Positions 35,510 through 42,385 of a stretch of DNA of 64,000 nt are shown here, one piece after another (the first letter of the stretch is position 1; every line of letters starts with the position of its first letter). The position numbers and the translations under genes were made by a program. The notes under the pieces are model-generated. The model did no database searches. It was given only the letters and a program-made list of their open reading frames with translations, and was not told the origin of the DNA. Source of the stretch: Anaerolineales bacterium UBA1429. GTDB taxonomy: Bacteria > Chloroflexota > Anaerolineae > UBA1429. The stretch lies in NCBI GenBank assembly GCA_002329325.1, contig DCTX01000078.1, positions 4,198-68,197 of the forward strand. Reading direction: 5' to 3'.

Positions 35510-36382
35510 CTAGCTCCCCTGCAAGCCCTCGGGGATGCCCGATTCGCAGGGCACGCCGGCCTGGCAGAGGCCGCAGCCATACCCGGCGAAACCGTACACG
35601 TCGCGCACGTGGGGGCGTGTGCGATCCAGATGGACGCGGCAGAGGCGCTTGTCGTGCCCCGCCTCGGTGATGGCGCCCACGGGGCAGCGCTTGATGCACT
35701 CGCCGCAGGTGCCCTTGGCGTAGAACAGGCAGTAGGCGTGGTGGTCGGTGTAGGGGCGCGGCGAGGGCGGCAGTTCAGCGCGGACCACCACCGAGCCCAC
35801 GCGCATGGCCTTGCCCACGGGGGTGATCAGCCCATCGCTCAGGCCAAAGGTGCCCAGCCCGCAGGCGTAGGCGGCATGCCGCTCTGACCAGGTGGAGGAG
35901 AAGACAAAGCGCTCCGAGTCCACGGTCTTGAACAGGGGCGAGATGGCCGGCGCAACGGCGCGATAGCCGCGGGCGGTGAGCGCCTCGGCCACCTGCCGCC
36001 GCAGGCCCTCGTTGAAAATCTCGCCAAAGACGCGGGAGCGGGCCCAGCGTTCCGCCAGGTAGAGCGCCTCGCGCCGGTTGTCGGCCTTGGTGGCCCCCGT
36101 CTGGGGCAGCACCCAGGAAACGACCGATAGCTCGGCGGGCTCGGCCGGGGCGTCAGGGTAGGTGAGGGCATAGATCTCGGCGGGCGTCCAGTGTTCGGGC
36201 CCCACATGCTCCTTGTAGGCCACAAAGAGGGGGTCATCGCCCCTGGCGAATCCCACCAGAGGGGTTCCCCAGGCGGGCTCATCAAAAGCCCCTCCCAGGG
36301 CGTTCTCCGGCCCGGCGCAGATGCGGCGGATCAGGTCGGCGACCCATTCGGCCAGTGGTGCGCCCTCGCGTGCAAGCATCAT
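35510..36382 (-). CDS. 4Fe-4S protein of the epoxyqueuosine reductase (QueG)/reductive-dehalogenase superfamily
   Basis: Start moved to ATGATG at 36382 after AAAGGGGA. SERHAAYACGLGTFG, CGECIKRCPVGAI and CGLCQAGVPC are cluster motifs as in QueG-like proteins. Confidence 0.6.
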   Translation of the reverse strand: MMLAREGAPLAEWVADLIRRICAGPENALGGAFDEPAWGTPLVGFARGDDPLFVAYKEHVGPEHWTPAEIYALTYPDAPAEPAELSVVSWVLPQTGATKADNRREALYLAERWARSRVFGEIFNEGLRRQVAEALTARGYRAVAPAISPLFKTVDSERFVFSSTWSERHAAYACGLGTFGLSDGLITPVGKAMRVGSVVVRAELPPSPRPYTDHHAYCLFYAKGTCGECIKRCPVGAITEAGHDKRLCRVHLDRTRPHVRDVYGFAGYGCGLCQAGVPCESGIPEGLQGS

Positions 36383-36419
36383 CCGGTTGTTCCCCTTTCG
36401 CCCTCGTGCGCGGCAGCGA

Positions 36420-37283
36420 TCAGCCCGCCGCCTCCACCTTCTTGAAGAGATCCATGTACACGTTGCGCACCATGCGTGGCCCCTCCCACGAATCGGCCTC
36501 GGCCAGCTCGACGGCGCGGGCCCCCAGCACCTCGGGCAGCACGTCGCCATCGTAGCCGTCATCCTTGAGGATGCGCAGCCAGCGCACCAGATCGATGAAT
36601 CCCTCGCCCGGCAGGACGCGGTCGGAATCGGCCATGGTCTCGGGATCCACTCCCTCAGGCAGGTCAAAGACATGAAGCGTCAGGGGCAGGCCCTTGACCT
36701 TATGCAGGTCCTCAAAGGTGCCGCCGCCGGCCCACCAATGGATCACATCCAGGATCAGGCCCAGATTGGGGCGATTGACCCGCTCGATGAGCTCCAGAGC
36801 TGCGTTCAAGCCCATGACCCAGGGATACATGATCTGCCGGGGGGCGGGCCGCCTCACCTGGGGGCCCAGGAACTCGAACACGACCGGCACGTCATAGCGG
36901 CCGGCCCAATCGCAATAGGCCCGGAACTTGGCCACGAGCCACTCCCACTCCGATTCCGTAACGGCCTTGGGCCAGCGGTTGGGGCACATGAAGGTGGCCT
37001 TGCCCCCCAGCTCGGCCAGCAGCTTGAGGCGCGGCTCGGCGCTGGCCAGCGCCTCGTCCCACAGGCTGCCCTCCAGGCTCCAGGAGAGGCCCATCGCCCC
37101 CGTGGCTACGGCGACACGATTGCGCTGCAGGAGCTCCTTGAGCTCATCCGCGGCGTTGCGCGCCAGATACGAATCGAACACATCCGGTCCCAGGCCGATG
37201 GAGCCGAATCCGAGGCCTCCCCCGATGACGACCCTGCCCTCAAAGTCCAGACGCTGCGGAAAGTTGCCGATCTGCAATCGCAT
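36420..37283 (-). CDS. Sugar phosphate isomerase/epimerase (xylose isomerase-like TIM barrel)
   Basis: Start moved to MRLQIGNF (ATG 37283) after GAAGGAGG. VVFEFLG, LGLILDVIHW and GEGFIDLVRWLRIL are typical AP-endonuclease-2/TIM-barrel family patterns. Confidence 0.7.
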   Translation of the reverse strand: MRLQIGNFPQRLDFEGRVVIGGGLGFGSIGLGPDVFDSYLARNAADELKELLQRNRVAVATGAMGLSWSLEGSLWDEALASAEPRLKLLAELGGKATFMCPNRWPKAVTESEWEWLVAKFRAYCDWAGRYDVPVVFEFLGPQVRRPAPRQIMYPWVMGLNAALELIERVNRPNLGLILDVIHWWAGGGTFEDLHKVKGLPLTLHVFDLPEGVDPETMADSDRVLPGEGFIDLVRWLRILKDDGYDGDVLPEVLGARAVELAEADSWEGPRMVRNVYMDLFKKVEAAG

Positions 37284-37701
37284 GGTGATCCTCCTTCTGT
37301 CGTGCCGTGCTGCCGGAGTCGGCCTTGCGGCTCCGATCCCGATCAGTCTACTCGCAAGCGAGGCGGGCTGCAATGGCAAGGTGCGTCGGGGTGAGAGGCC
37401 TGGGTTGCTCTCATCCCCACGGACATCCCGCGCATGGGGCGGCCTGGCACCCCTTTCCCCGTAACGCGCCTCAAGCGATTTCATCAAGACGAACGACAAA
37501 AGAGCGATTGCGATTGTATAATCGGGGCAATGGTGATAAAATCGGTTGGCGGCAAGCAACAGCAGAGGAATCACTTTTGGAACCGGAGGGCGGGGCTCGG
37601 CCGAGAGCGATCTGTGATTTGAGTCGTGCCGGTTGCCAACGGCCTGGCATTCAGCCGATCCGGCGTGCCGCACCCCCTTCTTTATTGTGCCCACCACAGA
37701 G

Positions 37702-40700
37702 ATGGCTTTCCGTGCAATGTACGGCGAGTTCCCACTGATCAGCAACAAGATCCAGATCCCCCAGCGCGCTCCCACCATGCTGCGGCGCGAGCGTCTGGTA
37801 GGGTTTCTGCATAGCAACATCAACCACAAGTTGGTGCTCGTCTCCGCCGGCGCTGGCTATGGCAAGACCGCGCTCCTGGTGGACTATGCCCACGACGCCG
37901 AGCTCCCCGTCTGCTGGTATAGCCTGGATGCCGGCGATAACCATGCCCTGACCTTTGTCGAGTACCTGGTCGCCTCGATCCAGCGGCGCTTTCCTGATTT
38001 CGGCGAGAGCGTCCTTCGCGCGCTGCACTCCTTCCGCGGCCAGGCTGAGGATGTCGAGCCGTTCATCCGCCTGCTGATCGCCGAGATCGAGGAAAAGATC
38101 AGCGGCTACTTTGCCATCGTGCTGGATGACTATCACGAGGTGCTGGAGAGCGAGCCCGTCAATGCCCTGGTGGACGGGCTCCTGCGCTATCTACCCGAGC
38201 ACTGCCACCTGGTCATCTCCTCCCGAGCCATTCCGCGTCGCCTGACCCTCACCCGGCTGGCCGCCCGCGAGGAGATCGTGGGCCTGGGCGTGCGCCAGCT
38301 CAAGTTCACCCGCGACGAGATCCGCCAGGTGCTGGCCCTGCGGGGCATCACCGATGTGGACCCCCAGCGCCTCGATGCCCTGACGGCCCGGTCGGAGGGC
38401 TGGATCACCGCCATCCTGCTGGCTGCCCAGACCCGCTGGAACGAGACGATCGAGGAGATCGTCAACCTATCCGGCTCGCTGGACAATATCTTTGACTATC
38501 TGGCCCAGGAGGTGCTCTCTCAGCAGACTCGCGAGATGCAAGAGTTCTTGCTGGGCAGCTCCGTTCTGGAGGAGATGAGCGCTCCGCTCTGCGATTCCCT
38601 CCTGGGTATCCGCAATTCGGCCCAGATACTGCGCAGCCTGACGGAGCAAGGCCTGTTCACCTTTGAGATCAACAGCTCGGCGGGCTGGTATCAGTATCAC
38701 CAGCTCTTCCGCGAGTTCCTGGTGAACAAGCTCGAGACCGAGCGCCCCGAGGACTACCGCCAGTTGTGCCTCGGAGAGGCGCGCCTCATGGCAAACCAGG
38801 GGCGCTGGCCGTGGGCCATCCAGGGATTCCTCACCGCCCAGGCTCACGATCGCGCTGCCGATGCTCTGGAGCTCGTCGCGCAAGACTATTTCGATGCCGG
38901 GCGCCGCGACGAGGTGCAGGCGTGGATCGATGCCCTGCCCGAGCCGATTCTGCGCGAGCACCCCCGCCTGATGCTGCTGCGGGCCAAGATCAGCACCGAA
39001 AAGGGCGCTTACGAGCAGGCAGAGAGCCTGCTGGAGCCGACCTATGAGATTTACGCCCAACGGGGCAGCGGGCCCGGCCTGGCCCAGGTATTGGTGCAGC
39101 AGGCCATCCTCAACCGCATTCAGGAGCACATCCCCGAGGCCATGGCGGCCTGCCAGCGCGTGTTTGAGACCATCGAGGAGAGGGAGGATCCCACCTCCTT
39201 TGTGCGGGCGCACCAGAACCTCGGCATCTGCTATCACATGCTGGGGAACGTAGAGCAGGGCGTCCAGGAGATGCGGTGCGCCCTGGAGCTGGCCGAGGCC
39301 CACGGCGATACCGTGAGCGCAGCCTATCTCGCCCACGACATGGGCACCAGCCTGCACCTGCAGGGTGCCATGGAGGATGCGCGGCGCTACCTCCACCGCG
39401 CCCTGATGCATTGGCGGCGCGTGGGCAACCCTGCTGACCTGGCCATGACCCTGCAAGGTCTGGGCGTCATCCACCACCATCAGGCCCAGTATGCCGAAGC
39501 ACAGAATCGCTATGAAGAGAGCATCGAAAAGGCCCGCCAGATCGGCAACAGCCGCCTGGAGGCCTATGCCCTTCTGAACAATGGCGATCTGCAGAAGGAT
39601 CGGGGGAGGCTGGACGAAGCCCTGACGCTGTACAGCGAGGCCCTCGATGTGGCGTCGTCCATCGGGTCGGTGGGCCTGGCGCTGTACGTGCTGGCCTCGA
39701 TGGGCGATGCGTACCGCCTGAAGAAGGACACGCCCCGGGCGTGGCAGGTGCTCACCGAGGCGCTGGATCAGAGCGAGCGCCAGGGCGTTGATGAGCCCAT
39801 TGGCCTGGCGCACCTGGCCTTTGGCGCGCTGGCCGTCCAGGAGCAGCGATCCGAGGAGGCGGCGAGCCATCTGACCGAGGCGGGGGAGCGGCTCGAGCGG
39901 GCCGGCGCCCAGCGGGACCTGGCCCGGGTGTACCTGCAACTGGCCCTGTTGGCCCGGCAGGATAGCGATCCCCAGACACTGCGCGATTCCCTGGAGCGTC
40001 TGGGTGAGTTGGCGGTGCGGCTGGGCACCGACCAGTTCATCGTGGCCGAGGGCCCCAACGCCATTCGTCTGTTGCCCTATATTGCCGAGTGGGATATCCG
40101 GGGGCTGGATGCCGTCCACATTCGGGCGCAGATCGAGGAGCTCTTCCCCGCCGTGGTGATGGAGCCGAGGCTGCGCGTGGTGCGCTCCGATGCCGACCTG
40201 GAGCTGCTGGCGCTGGATGGCAGCCAGGTCATCTACAAGGGCAACATCGTGCGCGACTTCGAGTCCTCGGTGGCGCGCACCATGGCGTTCCTGCTGGCCC
40301 AGTATCCCGCGGGCCTATCCAAAGAGCGAATCAGCGACATGCTGTGGCCCGATAACTCGCAGGCGCGCAGCGAAAGCCTCTTCCACTCGACCATCTACCG
40401 CCTGCGCCGGGCGCTGGACAAGAACGCCATCGTGCAGATGAGCGGCGTCTATCGGCTGAGCCCCAACCTGGAGTATCGCTACGATGTGGCCGAGTTCGAG
40501 CAGCTGGCGCGCCTGGGCCGCGCCCGCGACGAATCGGGCCGCATCGCCCGCATCAGCGCCATCGATCTCTACCGCAACGAGTTCCTGGAGGCGCAGGACT
40601 ATCCCTGGTGCGTCGAGATCCGTTATGCGCTGCAAAACGAGATGATCCGCCTGTTGACCATCGAGGCGGATTTCCTTGCTCTGCACGACAGCCCCGAGGC

Positions 40701-40929
40701 AGCCGAGACGCTCTATCTGCGCGTCTTGGCCCTGGACGAGCTGGACGAACGCGCCCATCGGGGCGTGATGTGGTGCCGGGCCAAGCTGGGCGATGCGCCG
40801 GGGGCCATGCGCCAGTTCCGCGCCTGCAGCCGGGTGATCGAGCAGGATATGGGGGTGCCCCCGCGCCCGGATACGAAACGCATGTTTGAGCTGATCCACC
40901 ATGGCGAGGTACCCCGAGAGCCCTTCTGA
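37702..40929 (+). CDS. MalT-like STAND ATPase with TPR array and C-terminal SARP module (OmpR-type winged helix + BTAD)
   Basis: The N-terminus is collinear with E. coli MalT from memory (SNKIQIPQ..., Walker A SAGAGYGKTALL, WYSLDAGDN, Walker B AIVLDDYH, SEGWITAILLAA). The middle 450 aa or so are TPR-like. The C-terminus ARTMAFLLAQYPAGLSKERISDMLWP...STIYRLRRAL is a winged helix, and ISAIDLYRNEFL...RAHRGVMWCRAKLGDAPGAMRQFR is BTAD. Start is 37702 or 37717. Confidence 0.8.
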   Translation: MAFRAMYGEFPLISNKIQIPQRAPTMLRRERLVGFLHSNINHKLVLVSAGAGYGKTALLVDYAHDAELPVCWYSLDAGDNHALTFVEYLVASIQRRFPDFGESVLRALHSFRGQAEDVEPFIRLLIAEIEEKISGYFAIVLDDYHEVLESEPVNALVDGLLRYLPEHCHLVISSRAIPRRLTLTRLAAREEIVGLGVRQLKFTRDEIRQVLALRGITDVDPQRLDALTARSEGWITAILLAAQTRWNETIEEIVNLSGSLDNIFDYLAQEVLSQQTREMQEFLLGSSVLEEMSAPLCDSLLGIRNSAQILRSLTEQGLFTFEINSSAGWYQYHQLFREFLVNKLETERPEDYRQLCLGEARLMANQGRWPWAIQGFLTAQAHDRAADALELVAQDYFDAGRRDEVQAWIDALPEPILREHPRLMLLRAKISTEKGAYEQAESLLEPTYEIYAQRGSGPGLAQVLVQQAILNRIQEHIPEAMAACQRVFETIEEREDPTSFVRAHQNLGICYHMLGNVEQGVQEMRCALELAEAHGDTVSAAYLAHDMGTSLHLQGAMEDARRYLHRALMHWRRVGNPADLAMTLQGLGVIHHHQAQYAEAQNRYEESIEKARQIGNSRLEAYALLNNGDLQKDRGRLDEALTLYSEALDVASSIGSVGLALYVLASMGDAYRLKKDTPRAWQVLTEALDQSERQGVDEPIGLAHLAFGALAVQEQRSEEAASHLTEAGERLERAGAQRDLARVYLQLALLARQDSDPQTLRDSLERLGELAVRLGTDQFIVAEGPNAIRLLPYIAEWDIRGLDAVHIRAQIEELFPAVVMEPRLRVVRSDADLELLALDGSQVIYKGNIVRDFESSVARTMAFLLAQYPAGLSKERISDMLWPDNSQARSESLFHSTIYRLRRALDKNAIVQMSGVYRLSPNLEYRYDVAEFEQLARLGRARDESGRIARISAIDLYRNEFLEAQDYPWCVEIRYALQNEMIRLLTIEADFLALHDSPEAAETLYLRVLALDELDERAHRGVMWCRAKLGDAPGAMRQFRACSRVIEQDMGVPPRPDTKRMFELIHHGEVPREPF

Positions 40930-40951
40930 TCTCCCAAAAGCCCTTGCGAAC

Positions 40952-40990
40952 AAACGCGCGAATTCTCGACGAATCGCGCGTTTTTCTTTG
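40952..40990 (+). terminator. Intrinsic terminator after the STAND/SARP regulator gene
   Basis: Stem aaacgcgcga / tcgcgcgttt (7 GC-rich bp plus A:T extension) with a 12-nt loop, followed by tttttctttgttt. Confidence 0.55.
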
Positions 40991-41004
40991 TTTCGGGGCC
41001 ATTT

Positions 41005-41037
41005 CGTGAGTGATCCGTGAGTCTCACTGTGTATTCT
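41005..41037 (+). promoter_or_regulatory. Two direct CGTGAGT heptads at 11-bp periodicity upstream of a -10-like TATTCT (activator-dependent promoter candidate)
   Basis: CGTGAGT at 41005-41011 and again at 41016-41022. TATTCT at 41032-41037 lies 9 nt after the second heptad. There is no good -35. The second heptad is also part of the palindrome GTGAGTCTCAC (41017-41027). Confidence 0.4.
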
Positions 41038-41070
41038 TACGGCGAACCTTGAGCTACAGGAGGGAGCCGA

Positions 41071-41247
41071 ATGAAGCGACTGCATCGGAACGTTGTCTAC
41101 ACCGTGCTCTCCGTGGCAGCGCTGGCAGTGGCCGGGAGCGCGCCCATCCCCTGGAGCGGCTCGGGCGGCGGTGGCGGTAGCATCATCGACATGATTCTAT
41201 ATTTCCTTCGGGTGTTTGGCCCACGGATTACTAGGGGGCAATCATGA
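41071..41247 (+). CDS. Micro-ORF A (58 aa), signal-peptide-like N-terminus, APIPWS motif, Gly-run, hydrophobic/cationic tail
   Basis: Not in the ORF track (too short). ATG 41071 lies 5 nt after AGGAGGGA. Translation: MKRLHRNVVYTVLSVAALAVAGSAPIPWSGSGGGGGSIIDMILYFLRVFGPRITRGQS. It is a paralogue of micro-ORF B. Confidence 0.45.
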   Translation: MKRLHRNVVYTVLSVAALAVAGSAPIPWSGSGGGGGSIIDMILYFLRVFGPRITRGQS

Positions 41248-41336
41248 AGAAGGCATTCGTTCACATCGTTTACGTGGTTCTCTCGGCGGCGGCATTGGTC
41301 GTAGCGGCCGGCGCGCCCATCCCCTGGAGCACCTGA
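41244..41336 (+). CDS. Micro-ORF B (30 aa), signal-peptide-like, ends PIPWST
   Basis: ATG 41244 overlaps the TGA of ORF A (ATGA) and follows AGGGGG. Translation: MKKAFVHIVYVVLSAAALVVAAGAPIPWST. It is 18/30 identical to the N-terminus of ORF A and shares a perfect 20-nt repeat with it. Confidence 0.45.
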   Translation: MKKAFVHIVYVVLSAAALVVAAGAPIPWST

Positions 41337-41377
41337 GTTAGGCGCATAGACGCAGAACCAGAGCCCAGCAAGCTATC

Positions 41378-41962
41378 ATGATTCTGGTTCTGGCAGTTGC
41401 CCTTTCGATTTTGATTGCCCTGTTACGGGGAGGCAGCCTAAATAGGCTCGCTCAAGTACCTTTCAAACTTGGTTGGTTGGCCTTTATCGCCATAGGCCTG
41501 CAGGTAGTGGCCGTCTACGTCCAGCAAGTCGAGGGCCTGGCAGCGTGGCTGTTCGTGCTCTCCTACGCGGTCCTGATCGGCCTGATCGTGATCAACTACC
41601 GGGTGGCAGGCGTGCTGGTCATCGGGGTGGGGCTGGGCCTCAATGCCCTGGTGACGGCGCTCAACGGCGGCTACATGCCGGTGACACCGGAGGCGGTAGA
41701 ACGAGCCGGGCTCACCCACCTGGTGAGCGAGATGGAGGCGGGCGCGCGAGTGTTGGGCGCCAAAGACATCCTTCTGGCCCGCGCCGATACGCAGCTCTGG
41801 TTCCTCGGCGACATATTCGTGCTCAAAGGCCCCTGGCCAACCGTATTCAGCATCGGGGATGTGCTTCTGGTCATCGGCATCCTGATCTTTTTCCAGCAAG
41901 CGATGCGACCGGGCGCTTCTGATAAGGCGATTCGCCAGCAGACGCCGGACATCCTCGAGTAG
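41378..41962 (+). CDS. Polytopic membrane protein, DUF5317-like
   Basis: 194 aa with about 5 TM segments. ALNGGYMPVTPEAVERAG and FSIGDVLLVIGILIFF match my recollection of DUF5317, which I have not verified. Confidence 0.6.
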   Translation: MILVLAVALSILIALLRGGSLNRLAQVPFKLGWLAFIAIGLQVVAVYVQQVEGLAAWLFVLSYAVLIGLIVINYRVAGVLVIGVGLGLNALVTALNGGYMPVTPEAVERAGLTHLVSEMEAGARVLGAKDILLARADTQLWFLGDIFVLKGPWPTVFSIGDVLLVIGILIFFQQAMRPGASDKAIRQQTPDILE

Positions 41963-42016
41963 CTCCCTTTTTCACAACTTTGACAATCACGCTCTGTTAG
42001 CGATGGAGATGACAGC

Positions 42017-42241
42017 ATGCGACACGAAAACATCCAAGCCCTCATCGGTACCGCGATCGTGGATGCCGAATTCCGGCAGCACCTGCTGGAGGACGCGTCT
42101 GCCGTCATCGGCGATTTTGGGCTCACGCCCGAAGAGGCGAACGCCATCCTGTCCATCAAGGCGACCACGTTCCAGGGCTTTGCCAGCCAAGTGCATGCCT
42201 GGATCACCAGTCGCAGCAGCGTTCCCGTGCTGTATTACTGA
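42017..42241 (+). CDS. 74-aa NHLP/Nif11-leader-like protein (possible RiPP-precursor-like or Os1348-type NHLP-clan protein)
   Basis: ATG 42017 follows GGAGA. NIQALIGTAIVDAEFRQHLLEDASAVIGDFGLTPEEANAIL matches the helix pattern L..A..D..FR..LL.D...a...fgLt.eE recalled for NHLP/Nif11-type leaders. GC3-rich codons. Confidence 0.5.
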   Translation: MRHENIQALIGTAIVDAEFRQHLLEDASAVIGDFGLTPEEANAILSIKATTFQGFASQVHAWITSRSSVPVLYY

Positions 42242-42286
42242 TTTCGTGACTCGATAGCCACCGGCTATCAGAGCCCCACATCCCCG

Positions 42287-42324
42287 GCGCGTAGCACCCC
42301 CCCTTGCTGCGCGCCCTTTTCTTT
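42287..42324 (+). terminator. Intrinsic terminator closing the micro-ORF/DUF5317/NHLP-like unit
   Basis: 10-bp stem gcgcgtagca / tgctgcgcgc (one G:U) with an 8-nt C-rich loop, followed by ccttttcttt. Confidence 0.55.
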
Positions 42325-42385
42325 GCCTCGGGGCCGCCTGAACAGGCGGCTCGCTCTCGCTGCAGCCCCGGGTGGAGGCGAGCCC

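Noticed and set aside
32430-35699. 1089-aa minus-strand ORF covering acs and the MFS transporter
   Set aside because: It is antisense to two unambiguous genes and even crosses the acs terminator. It has shadow-ORF composition.
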